Origin: a virus
Taxonomy: Duplodnaviria > Heunggongvirae > Uroviricota > Caudoviricetes
Virus record (IMG/VR): IMGVR_UViG_3300025073_000001
DNA length: 47,864 bases
Reading direction: 5' to 3' (one strand)
The position numbers and the translations under genes were made by a program. The notes under the pieces are model-generated. The model had not been told where the DNA came from, did not search any database, and saw nothing but the letters and a program-made list of their open reading frames with translations. Shown here one piece after another: positions 16,691-25,900 of this stretch. Position 1 is the stretch's first letter; every line of letters begins with the position of its first letter.

Positions 16691-17233
16691 TTAATTTGTG
16701 AATAATCCATTTTTCTCAATTTCTGCCAAATCTTTCAGAAACTGATTATATCTGATAAAAGGTTCAGTTACTTCAAAATTCTTGTAATGAACCATGAATT
16801 CATCCTTAATATCTCTACAGAATTCTAACCACTTCATTATTGGAATAGAATCATTGATGTTTTCAAAATCTGAAAATTGATTCCAATAACTTCTGATTAT
16901 ATTTCCTTCGTCAATGTCAAGTTTTTTGTTTGAGTTGAACCAAACCACCAATTCAGCCTCTTTCAATTCGCTTAAATTTACGTTATAAGGGCTTAAATAT
17001 TTCGCCTTGTAACAATAATCGTCGTTTGAAAGATAATCGCTTAGGCGTTGAATTTCGCAGCCTGTGACGTCATTGTGGTGCAATCCTAAAATACATTCTT
17101 CAAAGGAAGTCAAATTGTAGAAATAAATGAACGAAATCCTATTTTCTGACCAATGTTTCCGATGGTCAGATTGTATTGGAATTATCAGTTTCTTTCCCTT
17201 TGGAATCTGTTCTATTTTATCGGCGAAAAACAT
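16691..17233 (-). CDS. family-A DNA polymerase N-terminal part (degenerate exonuclease-like region)
   Basis: Ends LAEIEKNGL, the helix that precedes the polymerase domain in PolA; IPIMK..E motif. Confidence 0.65.
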   Translation of the reverse strand: MFFADKIEQIPKGKKLIIPIQSDHRKHWSENRISFIYFYNLTSFEECILGLHHNDVTGCEIQRLSDYLSNDDYCYKAKYLSPYNVNLSELKEAELVVWFNSNKKLDIDEGNIIRSYWNQFSDFENINDSIPIMKWLEFCRDIKDEFMVHYKNFEVTEPFIRYNQFLKDLAEIEKNGLFTN

Positions 17234-17250
17234 CCTTTAGGTTTATTCCA

Positions 17251-17282
17251 CAATGATACAACTTTTTTCTGACAATTCCAAA
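17251..17282 (-). promoter_or_regulatory. host-type promoter TTTG-N20-TATCATTG for the polymerase unit
   Basis: -33 exact, -7 with one mismatch, 20-nt spacer. Confidence 0.5.
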
Positions 17283-17283
17283 T

Positions 17284-17547
17284 TTATTTTCTTCGGAGAT
17301 TTTTCAATTTCATCTGAGCTTCTGGCATTGGCAAATTTGAAGGAGGTGGAAGTTCTGACCATGCAATGACCAAATGTCCAGATGAATTCATTCTGAAATT
17401 TTCAGATTCATTGTAACCTCGATTGTACGAATCAATCGTCACGACTCTCTTTCCATCCCTTCCAGATTGACCGTTTAAAATAGCAGTAACAAGAACATTT
17501 TCACCAACTGGTGGAACTATCTTCGGAAATGGATTCCATTTGATCAT
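17284..17547 (-). CDS. small phage protein, DUF551-like
   Basis: W......PP.G..VLV...VIAWSELPPP pattern. Confidence 0.55.
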   Translation of the reverse strand: MIKWNPFPKIVPPVGENVLVTAILNGQSGRDGKRVVTIDSYNRGYNESENFRMNSSGHLVIAWSELPPPSNLPMPEAQMKLKNLRRK

Positions 17548-17561
17548 AATGATTTTCCTAT

Positions 17562-17798
17562 TTAGAACGGACTTGCTTCTTTAAAAATTGCTTTGGTGAA
17601 CGCCTTAGATTGACCATCCATATTCAAGTAATATCTACCAAACCATTCCCACTGCTTCTTTTTCAATGAATCTGTGATGATTCTCTCAAATTCACGATAG
17701 TCATTCTTTTCTTTGGCAGAAGTTAATGCTCCGAGATATTCTTCATATTTGGCGAAGTTTTCTTCTTTTAAAAGTGATCTTAGTTTTGTATCTTTCAT
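17562..17798 (-). CDS. small protein with KLRSLLKE leader (putative internal head protein)
   Basis: N-terminal motif shared with several ORFs in the window. Confidence 0.55.
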   Translation of the reverse strand: MKDTKLRSLLKEENFAKYEEYLGALTSAKEKNDYREFERIITDSLKKKQWEWFGRYYLNMDGQSKAFTKAIFKEASPF

Positions 17799-17801
17799 TT
17801 A

Positions 17802-18047
17802 TTATCCATATTTTAATGATTTTCTAATATCTCTTAAAAAACTTTTAAGATTTGGGTATTTTTTATATTTTCCAGTCTGTAAATCATATTTAAAATATTG
17901 TCCATTTTCAACATCTCCCCTTGGTTGGATGAAATATTGATAAGTCATATCGTTGCTATACGTTCCACCAGATTTAAAATGATTAATTATTTCTTCATCT
18001 TGTTGTGAATTTGGAATTTCATTCAACAAATCTCGCATTTTTATCAT
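17802..18047 (-). CDS. small protein with KMRDLLNE leader (putative internal head protein)
   Basis: Shared N-terminal motif. Confidence 0.55.
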   Translation of the reverse strand: MIKMRDLLNEIPNSQQDEEIINHFKSGGTYSNDMTYQYFIQPRGDVENGQYFKYDLQTGKYKKYPNLKSFLRDIRKSLKYG

Positions 18048-18613
18048 CGATAAAACTCCAAGTTATTCGTTAGTGATAAATTCAAATATGGAAAATTAAT
18101 CAAATTCTTCTGAATTTCCCTTCCGTTTAAATATTCTGCGTCATTTACTGGTATCTTTGAAATAATCCAATCAATCCGAACTTTATTATAAATAACTCCA
18201 TTGATTCCTGGATTGTTTTGAGTATTAACTGATTGGAATTGTAAGTGGTCTATTTCAATAATCGTATTCATCGGACTATTTCTCTTTTGAACGAAAAATC
18301 TCTCAATCTTCCCTCGTTTATAATCATCCGCTGTTGGAAACGGTGAAAATGAAACTGGTGGTAAATGCCGATTAATTTCATTCCCTGTAATTTGATTATA
18401 TCTTAAAATATCAGGTGTCGGATTCAACCTGAGTTCAAATAATTCAACTGAACCTTTTTCTGGGCGAAAACCTGAAAATCGCTGCCCAGAAGGTAATATA
18501 TGAAAACCTCCAATATATTCCTCGCCAGTTTTGATGACAAATTCTCCACCTTCAGTCATGAGACCTTTGGTGATTTGATGAAGATTATAAAAAGGTTTTT
18601 TAATACGACTCAT
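18044..18613 (-). CDS. probable baseplate-region structural protein
   Basis: Position after hub gene; T.GGEF...EYIG.FH, PT..DY..G.I.RFF pattern. Confidence 0.5.
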   Translation of the reverse strand: MSRIKKPFYNLHQITKGLMTEGGEFVIKTGEEYIGGFHILPSGQRFSGFRPEKGSVELFELRLNPTPDILRYNQITGNEINRHLPPVSFSPFPTADDYKRGKIERFFVQKRNSPMNTIIEIDHLQFQSVNTQNNPGINGVIYNKVRIDWIISKIPVNDAEYLNGREIQKNLINFPYLNLSLTNNLEFYR

Positions 18614-19386
18614 ATATTTTTGCCCACAAACTGTTTATATTCAATAATTCCAAAAATTAATGAATTTATAATTTGTATCTTTCTAACTTGGCGTATTTTT
18701 CTTAATTCTTGTTTTCTTTCTTCACTCAGCCTTCTTCCTTTTCTAACTTCACTTAATTTTTTAATGTGTTCTGCACTTTGCGGACCTCTATTAATTCCTT
18801 TAGTTCCGTTTCTAATATTTTCCTTATGTTGTTCAGTGTGAGGTTTAATCTTAACCCCATCTTTTGCCTTACTGATATTTTCCTTATGTATTTCTGAAAA
18901 TTGTCTGCCTTTATTTGCGAGACTAATTCGATGTTTATGATCTTCCGTTATTGCTGGTTTAGACTTTCCCTTAGTAGCGATTGAAATTTTTTGCTTAGTT
19001 TCATCAGATATAACGATAACTTGCAATTTTCTCTTTTCTCTAATTTTTTGCTTAGTTTCTTCTTTCATTGGAGGTCTTGGATTTAATAATTTTTTACCCA
19101 GATTTCCAATTCCTCTCCCTCCAATAACACAATTGTAAGTGTCTTCTCGACGGAGAAAATCTATATTAACAATTTCTTTTTCTTTAACAACCATTTCATC
19201 TGGATTATCATAAATAAATAATATTTTTCGTTCAAAATTCAATCTTCCATATTTTTTAATTGCTCTAAGAAGTAAGGTTCCAGAACCTAGATATCGATCC
19301 TCTAATATATTTGTTGAATGAATACCAATATAAATTTTTTCATTAATTAAATTTGTCGTTTGATAGACAATATAATATTTTTTCAA
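18610..19386 (-). CDS. GIY-YIG homing endonuclease (Seg-like) with NUMOD3-type repeats
   Basis: IVYQTTNLINEKIYIGIH, YLGSG, AIKKYG; repeated EETKQKI/EEHK..IS; TTG start with TAAGGAG. Confidence 0.88.
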   Translation of the reverse strand: MKKYYIVYQTTNLINEKIYIGIHSTNILEDRYLGSGTLLLRAIKKYGRLNFERKILFIYDNPDEMVVKEKEIVNIDFLRREDTYNCVIGGRGIGNLGKKLLNPRPPMKEETKQKIREKRKLQVIVISDETKQKISIATKGKSKPAITEDHKHRISLANKGRQFSEIHKENISKAKDGVKIKPHTEQHKENIRNGTKGINRGPQSAEHIKKLSEVRKGRRLSEERKQELRKIRQVRKIQIINSLIFGIIEYKQFVGKNI

Positions 19387-19397
19387 AAATAAACTCC

Positions 19398-21368
19398 TTA
19401 TAAATTTTGATATGAAACTTTAGGGAAGTATGCTAAAATCCCGCTTAGCGATGTCTGCCAGTCAGAGGCTTGAAAATGGTTTTTTACAGAAACTATCATG
19501 AAATACGACTTATAAGCAGTTCGCCAAGTTGCAGGAACTTGAGTTGAACTGATTCCATTCCCTGGGACGAATCCCCAAATTCCATCAATGTCAATTGAAA
19601 TGCTCAAACCTGGATAGTGAACCGTTTCATTCGTTGCAGTTTCAGGGAAGTTTTTATGAATCCGGCCCATTGCCGATTTCAGAGCATCAATCTCGTTTCC
19701 ATTAAAATAGTTTTCACCTAAATTCCCAGGATCATTTATTATTTCATATTTATCGTTTCCAGCCTTAATGTATTCAGAAGTTCTAGTATCTTTTAATTTA
19801 TCGTTGCAACCTCGTATTGCTGCGAACGCATCTCCGTCTTTACTTGCTCCGACAAACATGGCTGCTTTGTATTCTGCGGATCCAACGTTTGATTGAACGT
19901 CACAAGTTCTAGTTGAACCATCTCCGTCAATTGGATCAAATACAATAACTGGCAAAGTATCAGTGACTCCAAAGTTTTGATCTACGACCATTAATTTCGT
20001 TAAATCATCTGGATCTTCAACCAATCTAAGTGCAATTGCACCTCCAACGCATTGTGAAATGTGATCTGCCAATTTTTCAAAGAAATCAACAATATTAATC
20101 GTTTCTTCCTTTGAATCTTTTACGTCTGTATTGTCAGATTCACTTTCCCTCTTTTTCGTTGCAGCAAGGAACGTTGAATTAACAATGTCCCTGTGAATCA
20201 TTATATTTTGCAAGTCAATGTCACTTCCAGATTTACATCTAACCGCATCTAAATTCAAGCAGTCTCCGTCAAAATCTTTTCCATCACCATCAGTGTTTTT
20301 ATAATTCGCATCTCCCATCAACAAAACCGTTCTTGGATCTCCAGAAGTAATCAAATCTGAAATTTTACATTTTGACCATTCTGGATGGAAAGTTATCTTT
20401 AATTTATTGAAAGTGTCTTTATCGTGGGCTACTCCACAGCCCATTGATCTCAACAATTGATTATTTATTATTCTATTTACAATGTAACCAAGCGAGACAA
20501 ATACTTGATTATTTGCAGTCGTCACTTCATCTTGTGCGAACCATGAATTGATCCAAGCATTGAATTTTCCACCGACATCTCTCAAGTGATCTCCATTGAA
20601 AATTACAATTGCCGCTTTTTCATTTCCACTTGGAGAATAATCAACGAATGTTGAAACAACAAACCCATCTTGAAAATCATCAATTGATAGTTTTCCGTTG
20701 ACTTGAGCGTCACCTGCGATTAGTTGTGCAACTCCTTTAATCGGGTGTCTTTTTTCTTCCCTTCCGGTGTAATATTGCAATCCACCTCCACCTCCGGGAC
20801 AACCGTTACAAACGATGATTTGCATATCTAAGTTTTTAATTGCTATGGCTGAACTCACTGCTGTAAAACTGGCTAACCAATTTCCATCCTGTGTCGTTGA
20901 AAATGAAAATGATGCAACTTTAAATCCCTTTAATTCACCACTGTTTCCATATCCCCAATTTGGTTGAGCGTATCCGAATTTAACGTCAACTTCATTTCCT
21001 GGAAGCAAGAATTTTTCCTGAACTTCAACGAAATCTCGCATCGTGTAACATCTGATCGTTGCAGATAATTTCCTTGCAAGGCCCCAATCTCCACCGTATT
21101 CAATCGTTACTGATTCAATGTCAGGTCCGGGTTTAATTCCTCCACCTGAATATCTGTAAGCCATTTCTATATTATCCTGATCTCTTGGAAGAATCATAGT
21201 TCCTCCTCCTCCACATCTCATATCATGTCCAGTTATAATGACATACGCAGGATTCCGGACGGAAGTTGACTTTCCACCTATTTGAGGTGAAGTCATTAAA
21301 GAACGCCTTGCTTTTAAAATATCAACAACGTCTTTAATTGGTTTTCTTCGGTATAAACTTTCTGCCAT
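19398..21368 (-). CDS. baseplate hub protein (gp27/VgrG-like)
   Basis: Follows LysM wedge gene; VKFGY, C-terminal ISIDIDGI.G..PG...FMI..V.N....DW.T.L. Confidence 0.6.
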   Translation of the reverse strand: MAESLYRRKPIKDVVDILKARRSLMTSPQIGGKSTSVRNPAYVIITGHDMRCGGGGTMILPRDQDNIEMAYRYSGGGIKPGPDIESVTIEYGGDWGLARKLSATIRCYTMRDFVEVQEKFLLPGNEVDVKFGYAQPNWGYGNSGELKGFKVASFSFSTTQDGNWLASFTAVSSAIAIKNLDMQIIVCNGCPGGGGGLQYYTGREEKRHPIKGVAQLIAGDAQVNGKLSIDDFQDGFVVSTFVDYSPSGNEKAAIVIFNGDHLRDVGGKFNAWINSWFAQDEVTTANNQVFVSLGYIVNRIINNQLLRSMGCGVAHDKDTFNKLKITFHPEWSKCKISDLITSGDPRTVLLMGDANYKNTDGDGKDFDGDCLNLDAVRCKSGSDIDLQNIMIHRDIVNSTFLAATKKRESESDNTDVKDSKEETINIVDFFEKLADHISQCVGGAIALRLVEDPDDLTKLMVVDQNFGVTDTLPVIVFDPIDGDGSTRTCDVQSNVGSAEYKAAMFVGASKDGDAFAAIRGCNDKLKDTRTSEYIKAGNDKYEIINDPGNLGENYFNGNEIDALKSAMGRIHKNFPETATNETVHYPGLSISIDIDGIWGFVPGNGISSTQVPATWRTAYKSYFMIVSVKNHFQASDWQTSLSGILAYFPKVSYQNL

Positions 21369-21371
21369 TAT

Positions 21372-21581
21372 TTACTTTTCTAAATTTCTCTTCATCTGCT
21401 TCATTTTTTCTTCAATTCCGTATAGAGTATCATCTAATTGATTGGAAAAGGTTTCATAATCAGAATCTAATTCGCGTTCAAGTAAATCCATCTGAGTTCT
21501 GATGTATTTGAAAGATTCTCTGATGATATATTTCTTCTTATCTGGAACTGAACCTTCATTCATTAAACTTCTTAATTTCAT
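21372..21581 (-). CDS. small coiled-coil protein with MKLRSLMNE leader
   Basis: Shared N-terminal motif; GGAG upstream. Confidence 0.55.
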   Translation of the reverse strand: MKLRSLMNEGSVPDKKKYIIRESFKYIRTQMDLLERELDSDYETFSNQLDDTLYGIEEKMKQMKRNLEK

Positions 21582-21593
21582 GCAATGACTCCG

Positions 21594-21899
21594 TTAAAAT
21601 TGTGCATTTGTGAATAATTGTTCAATCTCTATCTGACTTAGAGGGAAAGGAATCCTTAATCTGAATCCAACTGGAGGTTTAATCGTCGCATTGTTTAATT
21701 TATTCGCTTTCGCCAAAACAATCCAAAATCTCGTATCTCCATAATATTGATATGCAATTAAATCCAATCTGTCACTTATCTTGCAAATGATGTATTGGTC
21801 GGATGACTTTTTTTCAAACTTTGGATAATAGAGCGTTGCATAACGTCTTTTACCGTTTTCTGTTTGGATGACTTCGCTGAATTCTTTGTATCTGAGCAT
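21594..21899 (-). CDS. LysM-type baseplate wedge protein (T4 gp53 / P2 gpX-like)
   Basis: DRLDLIAYQYYGD..FWI.LA.AN....G.RLRIP. Confidence 0.85.
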   Translation of the reverse strand: MLRYKEFSEVIQTENGKRRYATLYYPKFEKKSSDQYIICKISDRLDLIAYQYYGDTRFWIVLAKANKLNNATIKPPVGFRLRIPFPLSQIEIEQLFTNAQF

Positions 21900-21903
21900 T
21901 TAA

Positions 21904-22158
21904 TTACTTGGTTTGATTACTTCGTTTGTAAAAATTATGAATATAATAAACGTCTGTTTTGCCAGTATTTGTATTTTTAACAGTCACTTTGTCCCTTTCT
22001 ATTTTTAAAACTTCAAAATCAAAGCCTTGAACCGTATTTCCTACAGTATCTCCGACTTCAAATTCTCCAGTTCTTCTAGCATAATTAGAGGATGCTTCTT
22101 TCAGTAGTTCTTTCTTGACCATTTTTCCAATGGCTTCATCTAATAATTTTTTGTTCAT
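21904..22158 (-). CDS. small SH3-like protein with helical ...ELLKE leader
   Basis: FEVGDTV...FEVLKI beta pattern after the leader. Confidence 0.5.
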   Translation of the reverse strand: MNKKLLDEAIGKMVKKELLKEASSNYARRTGEFEVGDTVGNTVQGFDFEVLKIERDKVTVKNTNTGKTDVYYIHNFYKRSNQTK

Positions 22159-22169
22159 TTTTTATTCCT

Positions 22170-22709
22170 TTAAGTTATATCGTTTAAAAAATATCTTTTT
22201 CCTGCATCTGGTCTCTCGCCAAGTGAATTTGCAAGAATTTTAATCGTTAAACTGACATCTGTATAAAGTGGTCTCTTTTCTTTCCAAGGATATTCAGGTT
22301 TCCAATCATAAGTTAATGATTGAATTATTCCGTAACTTTGAACTAAGTTTCCAATCTTGAAGTAAACATGGGGAGAATTATATCCAGAACCACCTTCGTA
22401 AATTGGATAAGTCATTCTTCCTAATCTAGCAAGTAAAAAGTCGTGATTCTTATCATGTTCAATCTTGTTCATTCCAACAACGAAGAAAGAAACGTTCCAA
22501 GTCCGATTTGCTCCTGCATAAAATACCTTCGGATCAGCCCTTCCCATATCAAAGAATTCACTGTATGATGGATTGGACGAATCACTTAAAGCAGTGATAT
22601 GTGCTTCAAATTCAAGTTTCCAATCCTTTTCTTCCAAACGTCCACTCCCTGGGTCAAAACGCCAGAAATAAAACTGTTCTTTAGGGAAATCTGATCTAGG
22701 TCTGGCCAA
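22170..22709 (-). CDS. tube-initiator / baseplate tube-fold protein (gp48/gp54-like)
   Basis: FEAHIT.LSDS, GRADP..FY.G..R, YP.Y, P.V...IGNL, I.SLTYDW...PW; between tape measure and LysM genes. Confidence 0.65.
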   Translation of the reverse strand: MARPRSDFPKEQFYFWRFDPGSGRLEEKDWKLEFEAHITALSDSSNPSYSEFFDMGRADPKVFYAGANRTWNVSFFVVGMNKIEHDKNHDFLLARLGRMTYPIYEGGSGYNSPHVYFKIGNLVQSYGIIQSLTYDWKPEYPWKEKRPLYTDVSLTIKILANSLGERPDAGKRYFLNDIT

Positions 22710-22922
22710 TTATTTTCCTTGATTTGAAGAAATCAATTTTAAAATCTCGGCAGTTGCGAATTTAGCAGCATTACCTCCAGGCTTTCCTTGTGCCGTTTGA
22801 AGAACTGCCTTTTCAACAATTTTATAAATTTGTTTTGTTAATTTATCAGTTCCGAGCGTTGGCGGTTGATAAAAATCAGGTTCTTCTTTCAACAAATCTT
22901 TCATTTTAATTGATTTCATCAT
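22710..22922 (-). CDS. small protein with KMKDLLKE leader
   Basis: Shared N-terminal motif. Confidence 0.55.
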   Translation of the reverse strand: MMKSIKMKDLLKEEPDFYQPPTLGTDKLTKQIYKIVEKAVLQTAQGKPGGNAAKFATAEILKLISSNQGK

Positions 22923-22928
22923 TTTTCC

Positions 22929-25900
22929 TTAGTTGTTATTAAATTTCTTCGTTATTGCACTGATTTTTTGACCATCTAAGACCAAGGTTGGATCTTTCTT
23001 AACCAAGATTTGCATCAATGCTACCATTTGCTTCAAGAGCATATTCGTTTCTTGATTGTCTGGAATAGTATCTTCTTGATAAGTATCCGTTTGCCTCTGA
23101 TTTACTTGATAAGGTGAACTTGCGGCAAATTGAGTTGAAGCAGTTCTTTCAAGTGTCATTCCAGATTCTTCACCGTTTGAACCTTTGGTATTCAAGAGTT
23201 TATCTTGTGCCATCGCTTCTTTTCTAGGTGTTTGAACCTTTGGAACTTGACTCTGAACAGGGGAAATTTTAACTTGAGTTGAATCCTGTTGAACTCCTTC
23301 GTAATTCTGAACGATTGGTTTGATTTTTTCCTTAGCAACTGAATCAATTCCAATTTTGGGGATTTCAGCCAGTTTGTCAAGTCCGGATAAATCCAAATTT
23401 GCCAGCGTTTCAGCCAAGACAAACAACGCATCGTTCAATCCTGTTAAAACTTTCTGGACAATATACAACGGTTCTGCGAGATTTCCAAGTTTTTCCAGAT
23501 CTTTAACAACATCTCCTCCAAATAACTTAGAAATACTACTTGAAACTGCTCCTGCTGACATTGCAGCCAAACCAAGTCCAATACTAGCAAGTGCTGGTCC
23601 GATAGTTAAAAGTTTCATCACGTCAATATTTCCCAAAGTTTCAAATACTTGGGAAATTCCAGAAGCGGTTGCAGTTATTACAGTCGCAATTCCATTAAAT
23701 GCTTTCTGAATTACGTTTCCAAATGCTTCCAATCCGGGAGTCGCAATTAATAAGGCTGCTGACAAAGGAAGTAATGATGCGCCTAATGCGGCAATTCCAA
23801 TCGCACCAAGTAACATTAATGGAAGAAAACTTCCAATTATTCCACCTGCAACTCCAAGACCGATTAACGCAACACCTGCTTTTGCCAAACTTGACCATTC
23901 GATCTTTGCAAACATATCCAACGCATAAGCAGCCGGAATCAATGCAGCACCGAGTGCAGCGATTGCAACTGCACCAATTAACATTTGAACGGATGCTGAA
24001 CCGAGTGATAAAGCGACGATTGCTAAACCGCCCAACGCAACTCCTGCTTTTGCTAAATCTTCCCACTTTACAGAAGTAAAGTTTTGAATTGCTTTTGACG
24101 CAATCCACAACGCTCCAGATAAAATTACCAGAGTTGCTGCTCCTTTTAAGGCCGAACCTTTGAACGAACTCAATCCATCTCCAATCCCTTTCAGTACATT
24201 TTTAATCGCTTCACCAATTCCCGAAGAAAGTTCCTTCATTGAAGTTGAAACAAACTTTACAATATCAGTTAAAACTGTTTTAATTCCGTCCCAAACTGTC
24301 TTTAAAATATTGGTGAATGAACTGAAACCTGAACCTGTTTTTTTAGCAACGTCTTGGATTGGTTCCTGTGGAGATGGAATATTTATTTTTCTACTTCTGG
24401 TCGTTGATTGGACGGTTTTTTCTGAGATTGACTTGGTTTTACTAATGACATCTTGAACTTGTTCAATTGGAGCCAAGACTTGCTTCCCTTGATCTGCCAA
24501 ATTATCAAATGTCCCTAACATTGAAGTGGTTGAACCTGGAAGTATTTTCTTCGCAAAATCAGCAATTCTTCCAAAAACTCCTTTACCTTTTGTTTCAATT
24601 CCATCAAATGCCTTTGTTCCCGAATTCTCAACTGAACCAAAGGCTTTACTCAATTTTTTTATCGGTTTTTCTAACTTTCCTTCAATTCCTTTTTCTATTT
24701 TTTTACTGAATACTTTTTCAATTCCTTCCGAAAGATAGCCAGTTAATAATGAGCCTGCTCCCATGAATGCCATGTCAAACATTCCACCCATGTTATCAGT
24801 CATTGAACTGGTTGCTTCTTCTCCATCCTTTTTCATTGTAAAAAATGAAGTTGCAGAACGCATCGCCATAATAGCAAAGGTTTTAGAGGCAATTTCACCA
24901 ATCGTTCCAAATCCTTTCCGAGCAGTATCTGGATTGATAAATGACATTTTTCCACCTTTTGCTGCAACTGCTTGAGTTCTAGTTACTGCAATTTGAGCAT
25001 CTTTTGCCATTTTTGCAGTTGAAGCAGTAACGGATGAAGTTGTCTTTGAAACACTTGCAGCAACTTCTGAATTCATTTTAGTCGCTGCTGAACTTACAAT
25101 TGAAGTATCTTTTTGCAAGGATTCTGCGACGTTTGCACTTACTTTACTTGCTTCGGCGGATACGTTTTGAGCACCTGATGTAATTGAATTAAAAGTTTCT
25201 TTAATGGAATCTGCAATTCCAGTCATCGTGCTGCCAATTGAATCAACCATTGAACTCATTGATGATTGAACTGATGAAGCCATTTCACGAACAGATGCTG
25301 CGGAACTTGCTGCGGTATCTTTGGCAGATTTATCAGCCGATCCGAATAACTTTCCAATTATCGGAATTTTAGATGCAAACTCTCCAATTCCATTATTTAA
25401 GAGACCGAACCTTTTAGCGATGAAAATTCCACCAATTATCTCACCAATTCCAATCAGAATTTTGACAACTTCACCAAGATACTTTCCAGTTCCAGAAACT
25501 GAATCGCCAAATTCATCCATTTCACCAGTCATTGATTTAAGTAAATCAGTTCCCCATGTCAATGGCCTGAGAATGACTTGAATTAAAGGTCCGATCATTT
25601 TAATGATTGAACCAATTCCCTTCAGTCCCATTATTAAAATATCCAATATTGGAGAAATAGCATCAATTCCAGTTGCTAATGATTCTACCAATGGAAGTAA
25701 TGAATTTACGAGAACGCCTTTAATTTTATCCCACGCAACTCCTAATCTATCCGTTGATTGAAGTGATTGAAGTTTATTTTTAATATCATCTTGACTCAAG
25801 GATGAAATATCGCCCATTCTATCTAAATTTGCCTGTAAATATTTCTGCTGATCATCTCCAAGACCAGCCATTTTACTTTGTAACATTACAGATTTTGCTA

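Noticed and set aside
16321-16693. Group I intron or ribosomal bypass in the polymerase gene
   Set aside because: The ends fit U|...G|, but no convincing P3/P4/P7 core was seen and an ORF fills the whole interval. There is no matching in-frame landing codon (ATA preceded by TGA). Kept only as an RT-PCR test.
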